A stretch of 61,654 bases of DNA, from NCBI GenBank assembly GCA_021776315.1, contig JAJFGD010000067.1, positions 1 through 61,654 on the forward strand, given 5' to 3'. The notes below the pieces were generated by a model. It did no database searches. It was not told the DNA's origin and was given only the letters and a program-made list of their open reading frames with translations. The DNA comes from Hyphococcus sp. GTDB taxonomy: Bacteria; Pseudomonadota; Alphaproteobacteria; Caulobacterales; Parvularculaceae. The first letter of the stretch is position 1. Every line of letters begins with the position of its first letter. Below are positions 18,424-27,174 of the stretch, piece after piece. The position numbers and the translations under genes are program-made.

Positions 18424-21150
18424 ATGAAATTTTTCAACGCCCTTTGCGCCGCCAGTCTTGTTCTTGCGGCCTCAGCAAATGCTGCCGATATCTCGCTCGA
18501 TTATGAAAAATTTCAGCTCGACAATGGTTTGACTGTCATTGTCCATGAAGACCGCAAAGCCCCCGTCGTGGCGGTGTCGATTTGGTATCACGTCGGATCG
18601 AAAGATGAGCCCGAAGGGAAAACTGGCTTTGCTCACTTGTTTGAGCATTTGATGTTTGGCGGCTCTGAAAATGTTCCGGAATGGGATACGCCGATGGAGG
18701 AAGCCGGCCAAACAGATGCCAATGGCACAACTTGGTTTGACCGGACGAATTATTTCCAAACCGTACCTACTCCAGCGCTTGACCGCGTCTTGTTCATGGA
18801 ATCGGACCGCATGGGTCATTTGCTGGGTGCCGTGACTGAAGAAAAGCTTGATAACCAGCGCGGCGTTGTACAAAACGAAAAGCGCCAAGGTGACAATCAA
18901 CCTTATGGCCGCGCCGAATATTCCGTACTCGCCGGATTATTGCCAGAAGGCCACCCATACAGCCATTCAACCATTGGCTCCCTTGCAGATCTCGATGCTG
19001 CTTCGCTCGACGACGTCAAAGAATGGTTCAATGAATATTATGGTGCCGCCAACACGGTGCTGGTTTTAGCAGGTGACATTGACGCTGAAACAGCGCGCCC
19101 CTTGGTCGATAAATATTTTGGCGATATCGAAGCGGGACCACCGCTGACACAGGTGAAAGCGAACGCGCCAAAACTTACCGAAAACAAATATGAAGTCATG
19201 CTCGATCGCGTGCCGCAACCACGCCTTGATCGCAATTGGGTGGCACCTGGCCGCACAACCCAAGACGCTATCTTATTGACCCTTGCTGCCGACGTTCTTG
19301 GTGGCGGAAAAACATCGCGTCTTTATCGCAAACTTGTCGATGAATTGCAGCTCGCAACATCCGCCTCTGCCGGCATGCAAGGTCAAGAATTATTGAGTTT
19401 CTATTCAGTAACCGTCAATGCCAATAGCGACGCTGACCTTGAAGTCGTCCAAAGTGAAATGGAAGGCGTCATTGATACCTTTTTGACGAAAGGGCCAACC
19501 CGTGACGAGCTGAACCGCAGCAAAACCAGCTTGAAAGCAAACACTATTCGCGGCCTTGAAAAAGTTGGCGGCTTTGGCGGGAAAGCCGGTGCGCTGGCAG
19601 AGGGTGAACTCTATGCGGGGAACCCGGCTCATATCCTTCAACAACTCGACTGGATGGAATCAGCGACACCGCAAGATGTTCTGCGCGCCGCCCGGGACGT
19701 CATGAATGCGGGTTACTACCAACTCGATATTCTTCCCTATGAAGATTACACAACCAAGCCTTCAACGGTCGATCGCACTGCAGGCATCCCTGCAATCGAT
19801 AACTCGCCCGCATTGGTTTTCCCAGAAATTCAAGAAGCGACATTATCGAACGGCATGAAAGTCGTTCTGGCAGAACGCAACGCCATTCCTGTGGTCGAAA
19901 TTTCAATTCAGTTTGACGCTGGATATGCCGCTGACTCCGTTGAGGGCGGCAAGCTCGGTGCTGCTTCTTTCACAGGCTCGATGCTCGATGAAGGCACTTC
20001 CCGGCGTAGCGCCCTTGATATCGCCGAAGAACTTGAAGGATTGGGTGCCTCCCTTGGTGCGGGATCAAATCTTGATACCACGGGCGTTTCCATGTCGGCG
20101 TTGAAAGAAAATTTAACGCCGTCACTGGCTGTCATGGCTGATGTGTTGCGCAACCCAGCCTTCGCCCAAGAAGAAATCGACAAGTTGCGTACCCGCTGGT
20201 TGGCGGCGATCGATCAAGAAATCGCGAGCCCCGTTCAGCTGGCGTTGCGGGAATTACCGCTGGAGATTTACGGCGCTGATCACGCTTATGGCGTCCCGTT
20301 CACTGGATCGGGCACCAAAGAATCGATCTCTTCTTTGACACGCGAAGACTTAATCAAGTTCCATGCTGATTGGTTGCGCCCCGACAATGCAACGATCTTT
20401 GTCGTCGGCGATGCCACGCTGGACGAGATTACACCGATCCTTGAGGGAGCCCTGGGGAATTGGCGACCAGCAAACACGCCGTTGCAAGAAAAAAATATCT
20501 CCACCGTAGCGCTACCAAATCAAGCTAAAGTGATCATTGTTGATAAACCAGGATCACCGCAATCTTTGATCTTGGCTGGTCATGTTGCGCCGCCATCAAA
20601 TGCCGATAACAATGTCGCCATCAGTGCGATGAATGACGTTATTGGCGGCCAGTTTTCAGCGCGGGTGAACATGAATCTGCGCGAAGAAAAAGGCTGGGCC
20701 TATGGCGCTTATACATTTTTCCAAGGAGCGCGCGGACAGCGCCCTTGGATGGTGTATGCGCCGGTTCAAACCGACAAAACCAAAGAGTCGCTGGCTGAGC
20801 TCATCAAAGAATTGAATGAGTACAAAACAACAAGGCCTGCCACATCAGACGAAATTGATCGCGTTGTTTTAAGCAACACACGGTCGCTTCCAGGTGCTTT
20901 TGAAACCGCCGATGATGTTTTGGGCAGCCTGGTTTCAAGCGCGCGTTACGGTCGTGCTTGGGACTATCCGGCAACCCTCACCGATCGCTATCAGTCATTG
21001 GATGCAGATCAAATCTCAGCGGCTGCTGACGAAGTTATCCATCCCGAAAGTTTGGTTTGGTTGATCGTCGGCGACCGGGAACAGATCGAGGAAGGCATCC
21101 GTTCCTTAGAGATCGGTCCTGTCGAAATCCGGGACATCGCAGACCTATAA
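18424..21150 (+). CDS. M16 (pitrilysin/insulinase) zinc peptidase, secreted, with two fused M16 modules
   Basis: Signal peptide; GFAHLFEHLMF (HxxEH), NGTTWFDRTNY and NLREEKGWAYG motifs. Confidence 0.93.
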   Translation: MKFFNALCAASLVLAASANAADISLDYEKFQLDNGLTVIVHEDRKAPVVAVSIWYHVGSKDEPEGKTGFAHLFEHLMFGGSENVPEWDTPMEEAGQTDANGTTWFDRTNYFQTVPTPALDRVLFMESDRMGHLLGAVTEEKLDNQRGVVQNEKRQGDNQPYGRAEYSVLAGLLPEGHPYSHSTIGSLADLDAASLDDVKEWFNEYYGAANTVLVLAGDIDAETARPLVDKYFGDIEAGPPLTQVKANAPKLTENKYEVMLDRVPQPRLDRNWVAPGRTTQDAILLTLAADVLGGGKTSRLYRKLVDELQLATSASAGMQGQELLSFYSVTVNANSDADLEVVQSEMEGVIDTFLTKGPTRDELNRSKTSLKANTIRGLEKVGGFGGKAGALAEGELYAGNPAHILQQLDWMESATPQDVLRAARDVMNAGYYQLDILPYEDYTTKPSTVDRTAGIPAIDNSPALVFPEIQEATLSNGMKVVLAERNAIPVVEISIQFDAGYAADSVEGGKLGAASFTGSMLDEGTSRRSALDIAEELEGLGASLGAGSNLDTTGVSMSALKENLTPSLAVMADVLRNPAFAQEEIDKLRTRWLAAIDQEIASPVQLALRELPLEIYGADHAYGVPFTGSGTKESISSLTREDLIKFHADWLRPDNATIFVVGDATLDEITPILEGALGNWRPANTPLQEKNISTVALPNQAKVIIVDKPGSPQSLILAGHVAPPSNADNNVAISAMNDVIGGQFSARVNMNLREEKGWAYGAYTFFQGARGQRPWMVYAPVQTDKTKESLAELIKELNEYKTTRPATSDEIDRVVLSNTRSLPGAFETADDVLGSLVSSARYGRAWDYPATLTDRYQSLDADQISAAADEVIHPESLVWLIVGDREQIEEGIRSLEIGPVEIRDIADL

Positions 21151-21159
21151 TCAAGCACC

Positions 21160-21184
21160 GCGTTTTCACCCTTGGTGAGGACGC
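21160..21184 (+). terminator. Hairpin immediately downstream of the M16 peptidase gene
   Basis: gcgttttcacc-ctt-ggtgaggacgc forms a stem starting 10 nt after the stop; the U-tract is weak. Confidence 0.4.
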
Positions 21185-21455
21185 ATTTGCCAAGACCTAA
21201 CGGCCGACCGTACGTGCACGCACATATGCAAAAATACGCACGGCAAAACCGGTAGTGTCTGCGAGCCTGCAGCGATGAACCGCCTACTCGCAAAATTCGA
21301 ATGTCAAAGAGCCCACTCCGACCGAGCGCGCAAACGCTGCCAAAGCATGATGCCGATGACGACTTTGGTGGGTTTTTCCGTGAGGCATCTTTGCGCCCGT
21401 GCACGGCATTTGTCAGAAAAGCCACTCGACATAAGGAGCAGTATATGGCCGCCGG
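21160..21455 (-). ncRNA. Candidate structured non-coding RNA
   Basis: Successive hairpins (21207-21244, 21258-21294, 21378-21406) contain G-U pairs that form only on the minus strand. A boxA-like GCTCTTTGACAT is at 21301-21312 and CUCCUU is near the putative 5' end. Confidence 0.3.
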
Positions 21456-21573
21456 AAGGGGCGGGGATAACTCCACACCAAATATGGGTTTTATGAAAGA
21501 ATACCCTCCGGGGGTTGTGTTTTATGAGATCAACACAACCCTCTATTCCGGATTTTCAGTCACGAAACACTGC

Positions 21574-21595
21574 CCGTCACATAACTGTCACAAAT
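21574..21595 (+). promoter_or_regulatory. Pho-box-like direct repeat (PhoB/OmpR-family site)
   Basis: CCGTCAC-ATAA-CTGTCAC-AAAT, an 11-bp-period direct repeat close to CTGTCAT-N4-CTGTCAY. Confidence 0.45.
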
Positions 21596-21788
21596 GAGCG
21601 CGCCCTCAAAAGCCCGCTATGGGCACGGTTATCCTCTATTTTATGTTTTTGAGCGGTTTCTGGGTCGTCATCGCTAAAAAACGGCATCAACAGCAAAAAA
21701 AGAACGGTCAATCATAAATAGGCACGTTCACGCGGCATCATTTTTGAATTAAGATTGTTTTTCGGGGTGTTTTTCTAAAGGGGTTTTC

Positions 21789-22733
21789 ATGGCGCGCTCA
21801 CTTGAACGGTCGGTAAAATTTATCCGGCCAGGTCGCTATATTATGAACATGCTCCTCTTCCTGATGGTTGTTGGGGCGGTTGTATATTATCTCTCACCAT
21901 GGAGCCCGCAACCAACGCCGTTGCTGCTTGATGCCTTTAACGCCAATCCCGCCTTGAACGGATTGATCGTTGGCGTGCTCGCCATCGGGGTCATTTACAA
22001 TTTGCGCCAAGCGGGCGTCATCGCCCCGGCTGTTCGTTGGGTCGAGGCATTTCGGGAATCTGTTGACCCTGGCCGATCGCGCTTGCCGCGCGCGCCGGGT
22101 TTGATCAATGCCATGTCCAAATTGCTCTTGGACGCGGATACGCGTTCAAGCCGCATCTCCCCTGAATCAAGTCGTGCCATTCTCGACTCGATCGGGACAC
22201 GGATGGATGAAGGTCGCGAGATGGGCCGATACATCATGAACCTGCTCGTGTTCTTGGGGCTGCTCGGTACATTTTGGGGTTTGTTAGAAACGGTGAACGC
22301 GGTCGCTGCCACCATCAACGGTCTAGCCAATACAGCGGGCGCTGCACCGGAAGACGCAGTCTCGCAATTGATACAGAATTTGCGCGAGCCCCTATCGGGT
22401 ATGGGTACGGCCTTTTCATCCTCCCTCTTTGGTTTGGGCGGCAGCCTTATTATTGGCTTTCTCGATCTCCAAGCAGGGCAAGCACAAAACCGTTTTTACG
22501 CAGACCTGGAAGATTGGCTTGCAGGCATGACGGAAACCGTTCGCGGCTCTTCAAACGGTGACAAGAAATTTAATAGCGACGATTTCGATGGTGACCTTGC
22601 GGCAGCGTTTGATGCGGCATTGGCCATGAACACTGAAACACAGATCAAGGCGCAGGCTGGCCAAATGGCTGAGCTCAAAGATGAGATCCGCGCGCTCAAC
22701 AAAACATTGATCCGCTTCGGCGGCGGAGAATAG
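21789..22733 (+). CDS. MotA/TolQ/ExbB proton-channel family protein (non-flagellar)
   Basis: LVFLGLLGTFWGL and PLSGMGTAFSSSLFGLGGSL TM motifs; LQAGQAQNRF. Confidence 0.85.
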   Translation: MARSLERSVKFIRPGRYIMNMLLFLMVVGAVVYYLSPWSPQPTPLLLDAFNANPALNGLIVGVLAIGVIYNLRQAGVIAPAVRWVEAFRESVDPGRSRLPRAPGLINAMSKLLLDADTRSSRISPESSRAILDSIGTRMDEGREMGRYIMNLLVFLGLLGTFWGLLETVNAVAATINGLANTAGAAPEDAVSQLIQNLREPLSGMGTAFSSSLFGLGGSLIIGFLDLQAGQAQNRFYADLEDWLAGMTETVRGSSNGDKKFNSDDFDGDLAAAFDAALAMNTETQIKAQAGQMAELKDEIRALNKTLIRFGGGE

Positions 22734-22736
22734 CCC

Positions 22737-23765
22737 ATGGCGCGCCGGCGCAGCAGAAGCGAGGCTAATATCTGGCCAGGCTTTGTTGATGGTTTATCAA
22801 CACTGCTCCTGGTGCTGATGTTTATTTTGTCGATCTTTGTCGTCGCACAATTTTACCTTGGAGACAGACTGCAAACTGTCAAAGATGAGCTGGCTTCAAA
22901 AGACGACGAGCTATCGCGCCTAATCGCCCAGATCAACAATTTGAACGATCAATTGGGGTTGGCGGAACAAGAACGCGCCCGCTTGCAGGCCCAAGTCTTG
23001 TCTTTGGAAGATACCATTGCGCAAAAAGATGAAGAGCTCGCAGGTCTTGGGGTCGCTCTTGCGGCCAGTCAATCTGCCGTCGCGGCATCGGCGGAAGAAT
23101 TGGAAGCTGAAAAGGCGCTCTCAGAACAACAAAAGAGCGAGCTTGCGACGTTGAATGCACAGATTGCGGCATTGCGCCGTCAATTGGCGAGTTTGCAAGA
23201 AGCACTTGATGCGGCGGAAGCAAAAGACCGCGATCAGCAGGCGCAAATTGAAAATCTTTCGACCCGGCTGAACGCAGCACTGGCGCGTAAAGTCCAAGAG
23301 CTTCAAGAAGTGCGCTCACGATTTTTCGAAGCGCTACGAGAAGCGCTGGGCGATCGCACAGATGTGAAAGTTGTCGGTGACCGATTTATTTTCGAAAGCG
23401 ATATTTTGTTTGGATCATGCTCAGCGACGCTAGGCGAAGCGGGCAAGCTTGAACTTGCCAAGCTGGCAGACGCGTTGATCGATATCCGTGATGACATACC
23501 GACAGAGGTCAATTGGGTCCTCCGCGTTGATGGCCATGCTGATGCGTCACCATTGGGACCGTCATGTCGTGCACTGTTTGATTCAAACCTAGACCTCTCA
23601 GCACAGCGCGCGATCTCAGTCGTGGAATATTTAACAAGCCGCGGTGTATCTGGTCGTCGTTTATTGGCGACTGGGTCTGGCTCTACGTCTCCATTGGTTT
23701 CCGGTTTTTCCAACACAGCATTGGCGCAAAACCGGCGCATCGAATTTAAACTGACGGAACGGTAA
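22737..23765 (+). CDS. MotB-like peptidoglycan-binding protein with a long coiled coil and OmpA_C domain
   Basis: N-terminal TM with WPGFVD (conserved Asp), a ~160-aa heptad-rich region, and RVDGHAD...NLDLSAQRA...NRRIEF. Confidence 0.87.
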   Translation: MARRRSRSEANIWPGFVDGLSTLLLVLMFILSIFVVAQFYLGDRLQTVKDELASKDDELSRLIAQINNLNDQLGLAEQERARLQAQVLSLEDTIAQKDEELAGLGVALAASQSAVAASAEELEAEKALSEQQKSELATLNAQIAALRRQLASLQEALDAAEAKDRDQQAQIENLSTRLNAALARKVQELQEVRSRFFEALREALGDRTDVKVVGDRFIFESDILFGSCSATLGEAGKLELAKLADALIDIRDDIPTEVNWVLRVDGHADASPLGPSCRALFDSNLDLSAQRAISVVEYLTSRGVSGRRLLATGSGSTSPLVSGFSNTALAQNRRIEFKLTER

Positions 23766-23786
23766 GCAACGCGAAAAAAGAGGGTT

Positions 23787-24599
23787 TTGATGAAACGGCT
23801 TCTCCTCTCGACTATTGGCGTTCTTATGGCGGGTTCTGTTGTGTACGCACAAAACACAACCGCGACCGACAATGACGCCTTACAGGCATCCTTAGAAGCC
23901 AAAGCACAACGAATCCCAGCAAGCGATCTCGCCGCTGCTCTTTCTGCCGGCGACGGAGGACGCTCGGATCGCGCAAGGATGGTGCGTGTTCGCCCCGATT
24001 GGGCCGCGGTTCGGGCTGATCTACAACGGACCACCGCCGAAGATGCTGAACGCGATACAACTAACGAAAATGAAATTCGCACTTTGCCAACGAGACGGTT
24101 GCCTCAATTGCAGGGGCCACCGCCACCTCCAGGACTTCGCGCTTTCGCCGCCAGTCGTTTGCCACGGGTCACGCAAGGGGAGGTCGATGTCGTGACCATT
24201 CCTGTAATGGTGCCAGCGCATCCCGATATCAGAGATAAAATCAAACTCTACGGCCAGGAAAACACCTATACCGCGGCTGGCGACATTGATCAGGATGCAC
24301 AGTTTTCAATGAGTGGCGCGTGTGACCGCGTTGTTGGCGGTGCGCCGTCCTTGGTGGACTTGCGGCGACGTCTAGCAGAAGGACCACCTCGGCTTGCGGG
24401 TATTAGGGCTGACTATCACATCAGTCGCAATGAATTTGGCGTCGATCTTAGTTTTTCAAAATTCGGCTGCGGCTATGTCATCACTGTTGAATGTAGTGAC
24501 CCTGAAAGTGATGAACGGTGCACCGACGATCGCTACCCGACACTGATCGCCCGCTCTATGATATTGATCAACCCTGAACGCGCGGCAGGTGGCGAATGA
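23787..24599 (+). CDS. Secreted hypothetical protein with a Cys-containing C-terminal domain
   Basis: Signal peptide (MKRLLLSTIGVLMAGSVVYA), GAGGGG RBS, four Cys (GACD, FGCGY, VECSD, ERCTD) and an ATGA overlap with the next gene. Confidence 0.7.
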   Translation: MMKRLLLSTIGVLMAGSVVYAQNTTATDNDALQASLEAKAQRIPASDLAAALSAGDGGRSDRARMVRVRPDWAAVRADLQRTTAEDAERDTTNENEIRTLPTRRLPQLQGPPPPPGLRAFAASRLPRVTQGEVDVVTIPVMVPAHPDIRDKIKLYGQENTYTAAGDIDQDAQFSMSGACDRVVGGAPSLVDLRRRLAEGPPRLAGIRADYHISRNEFGVDLSFSKFGCGYVITVECSDPESDERCTDDRYPTLIARSMILINPERAAGGE

Positions 24600-25450
24600 T
24601 AAAACGCACTACCATCAGCGCAATCACCGCTATGTTCTTACTCCTGTCGTGCGAACAGGTGAGTGACACGCCAAGTGAAGAAACACCGCCCGATAATGGC
24701 GACCCACCGTCGGATACACCCGTCGATGACGAACCAGCACCGGAACCTGACGACGACGATTTTCTACATGATGGCGAAGGACGCATTTTTAGCTATGTCC
24801 CCGTCGGCGATCTTCTTCCTTCTTCTGGTCCAGGTCACGAAGACACCACCATCTATCGCCCTGACATAACATTTCCATTGGAAGACGCCGCCTTTCTCAA
24901 TAGCCAAGTTTATCGCTATGGCGGCAGTCAGGGCACCGTGAATGGTATGTCTGGCGGGCAGTGTCATGAAACAAACTACGACTACCCCTGGCAGGATACG
25001 TTTTGTGAGTCGCGCTCACGGGATCAAATTATGTGCCCAGCGGGCGGCCATGAAGGTGTCGATATTCGGCCCGGTTCGTGTATTCCGGAAACAGATGCGA
25101 TTCATTGGGCGGTCGCCGCAGAAGACGGACGCATCATTGCGCCATCAAGTTCACAATATACGGTCAAACTTCAAACCAGTGACGGCACGCTCTACCGTTA
25201 TATGCATTTGAAGATGGACGCGCTGTCTGTCGCCGACGGCGAGACCGTCGCCAAAGGACAACGCATCGGGATGGTCTCTAACGACTTTTTCAATGGGTCA
25301 GGCGAGCGTGTGCCGACGACTTATCATCTGCATTTTGAAATGTATCAAAACTATTCACCTGATGAAGATACGGACCCAATTTTTGATCAGGTCAATCCTT
25401 ATATGACGCTTGTGAACGCCTATGAACGGAAATTAAGAGGTACCGAATAG
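24596..25450 (+). CDS. M23 family metallopeptidase lipoprotein
   Basis: Lipobox LLLSC, Pro/acidic linker, zinc motifs HEGVD (HxxxD), YRYMHL and HLHFE (HxH). Confidence 0.85.
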   Translation: MIKRTTISAITAMFLLLSCEQVSDTPSEETPPDNGDPPSDTPVDDEPAPEPDDDDFLHDGEGRIFSYVPVGDLLPSSGPGHEDTTIYRPDITFPLEDAAFLNSQVYRYGGSQGTVNGMSGGQCHETNYDYPWQDTFCESRSRDQIMCPAGGHEGVDIRPGSCIPETDAIHWAVAAEDGRIIAPSSSQYTVKLQTSDGTLYRYMHLKMDALSVADGETVAKGQRIGMVSNDFFNGSGERVPTTYHLHFEMYQNYSPDEDTDPIFDQVNPYMTLVNAYERKLRGTE

Positions 25451-25458
25451 GTATCCAG

Positions 25459-26622
25459 TTATTGTTTGGCGCGTTGCGCAATCATGACCAGCAAAAGTGC
25501 GGGCACTACGGATAAAGCGGCAAAGTAAAACAGATATTCCTTACCGAGCTGGTCGTAGACCATGCCGCCGGCTAGCGGACCAAGAGCCGCCCCCACACCA
25601 GCAGCAAGCGCCGCAATACCAAATGTCCGCCCTGCCCCATGGGCCGGTGATAGATCCCCAATCCAGGCGCTTTTCGTTAGTTCAGCCAGCACGCCGCCGA
25701 TGGATGACGCCATAAAACCACCAATGACCCAGTAAAGGCTCGTCATATTTGGGATCGCTGCATAGACGCCCGCGAGGATACTCAACCCAATCGCGATAGC
25801 AGTTGTTCGTTGGAGTTTGCTGGTAATGCGCCCGAGCCAAACGGGCAAAATTGCATAGGCAACACCAATCGGTAAAAACGCCAGCGCCAACTCATAAAGC
25901 TCAAGCCCAAAACGCTCCCGCAAATAAATAAGATAATAAGGCTGCATAACAGCCCCCGCAAAGGCCGCGAAAAATACGACACCGAAAACGACCGGAAACC
26001 CTTTTGGCATTTGAAACCGTTCGGTCGTAATTTTCTGCTTAAGTGTTTTGGTTTCCGGAATGTACGCATAGGCAAAAACAATGGCCGCTGCTGCTGTCAC
26101 GGAGAAAAATGCAAATGAATAGCCCCAAGCATAGAGCGGTAGCGCACCCACCAAACCAAAGCCGACAAAGCCGCCGACCATACCACCGCGGGTTTGGCTA
26201 GCAATATTGCCCCCCATGGCCGCGCTTCGACCGTCCCGCTCGGTCAAATCCGAGGTGATCGTTTCCGCGGTGATCGCCAGAAACGCAAAACCAATACCAT
26301 GGAAGAGCCGCGCGATATAAAGGGTCATCACTGTTTCGCTCAGCCCATACAGTATATTGGCCGCAAAATAGAAAAGCGTTGCGAGGATGAAAAATGGCCG
26401 ACGCCCAATCTTATCTAAGCCATAACCAACGATCGGACGGACCACCAATATCGAGCCGGTGAAAAGCGCAAACAAAATACCGATTTGAAATGCCGACGCC
26501 CCCAGATCTTCGGCGCGTAGTGGTAGCGCAAAATTGATAAAAACTATCGGGGCCGATACCAAGAAAAGGCAACGGCGAATAAGGTTTAGGGTGCGTTTAT
26601 TATCCATCAGCTGGTCCATCAT
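25459..26622 (-). CDS. MFS transporter
   Basis: Motif A GYGLDKIGRRP, ARLFHGIG, GPLAGG; about 12 TM segments. Confidence 0.9.
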   Translation of the reverse strand: MMDQLMDNKRTLNLIRRCLFLVSAPIVFINFALPLRAEDLGASAFQIGILFALFTGSILVVRPIVGYGLDKIGRRPFFILATLFYFAANILYGLSETVMTLYIARLFHGIGFAFLAITAETITSDLTERDGRSAAMGGNIASQTRGGMVGGFVGFGLVGALPLYAWGYSFAFFSVTAAAAIVFAYAYIPETKTLKQKITTERFQMPKGFPVVFGVVFFAAFAGAVMQPYYLIYLRERFGLELYELALAFLPIGVAYAILPVWLGRITSKLQRTTAIAIGLSILAGVYAAIPNMTSLYWVIGGFMASSIGGVLAELTKSAWIGDLSPAHGAGRTFGIAALAAGVGAALGPLAGGMVYDQLGKEYLFYFAALSVVPALLLVMIAQRAKQ

Positions 26623-26646
26623 ATTGTATGTGCTGTTGGGCTTTCA

Positions 26647-27066
26647 TTACGCACCAAACAGGACCGCATGCATGATGCGCCCGGGAAGGAAGGCAAAAGC
26701 CCCCGCGATTACCAACCCACCAATGAAGATGCCCCGAAATGCTTTCGCGTGCGCCTTCAATGCGGGTCCGCTTCGGGTCAGCAAAAACAAACCCTGAGCC
26801 ACACCGAAATAGGTCAGTATCGTGAATAAATGAATGAAGCTAAACCATTGGGTGAACGGTAACCCAGGGAACAAAGCCGGGCGAATGAAGATACTGGACG
26901 TGGCGATCGTCGTCATCAAGATGATCCAAACCAAGCCAAGCGTTTTATGAGGCAATGTCCCTTTCGGTGCCACAAACTGTACAATGCCGAGGGCAAACGC
27001 TGCCATTGCACCAAATGCGTGAATTTGAATGATAAAGGGTGCTGTCAATAATGGTTCAAACGACAT
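26647..27066 (-). CDS. DUF2306 family membrane protein
   Basis: IQIHAFGA, PKGTLPHKTLG, FSFIHLF and FAFLPGRIMH motifs. Confidence 0.8.
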   Translation of the reverse strand: MSFEPLLTAPFIIQIHAFGAMAAFALGIVQFVAPKGTLPHKTLGLVWIILMTTIATSSIFIRPALFPGLPFTQWFSFIHLFTILTYFGVAQGLFLLTRSGPALKAHAKAFRGIFIGGLVIAGAFAFLPGRIMHAVLFGA

Positions 27067-27174
27067 CTACAATCCTCCCGCCCCTAGCGGTGACCAACCA
27101 TCGCTAGGGCCCTACCCCGTGAAACGGCCTTGGGCCGGGGTATTTTCACTTTATTTTTTAAAGTTATTTGAAAA

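Noticed and set aside
21166-21432. Minus-strand ORF with one in-frame TGA (readthrough, selenoprotein or pseudogene)
   Set aside because: There is no RBS, no recognisable family and no clear SECIS; RNA structure explains the region better.
21789-23765. Zorya (ZorAB) defence system or flagellar stator
   Set aside because: The A subunit lacks the very long cytoplasmic tail of ZorA, no ZorC/D/E-like genes follow, and there is no flagellar context. Kept only as a MotAB-like pair.
23303-24082. 259-aa antisense ORF and the many other shadow ORFs
   Set aside because: They lie opposite or within well-supported genes, have Ser/Arg/Ala-rich antisense-type composition and show no motifs.
27082-27109. 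Hairpin upstream of the DUF2306 gene as a riboswitch or terminator
   Set aside because: A single stem with no U-tract and no recognisable aptamer.
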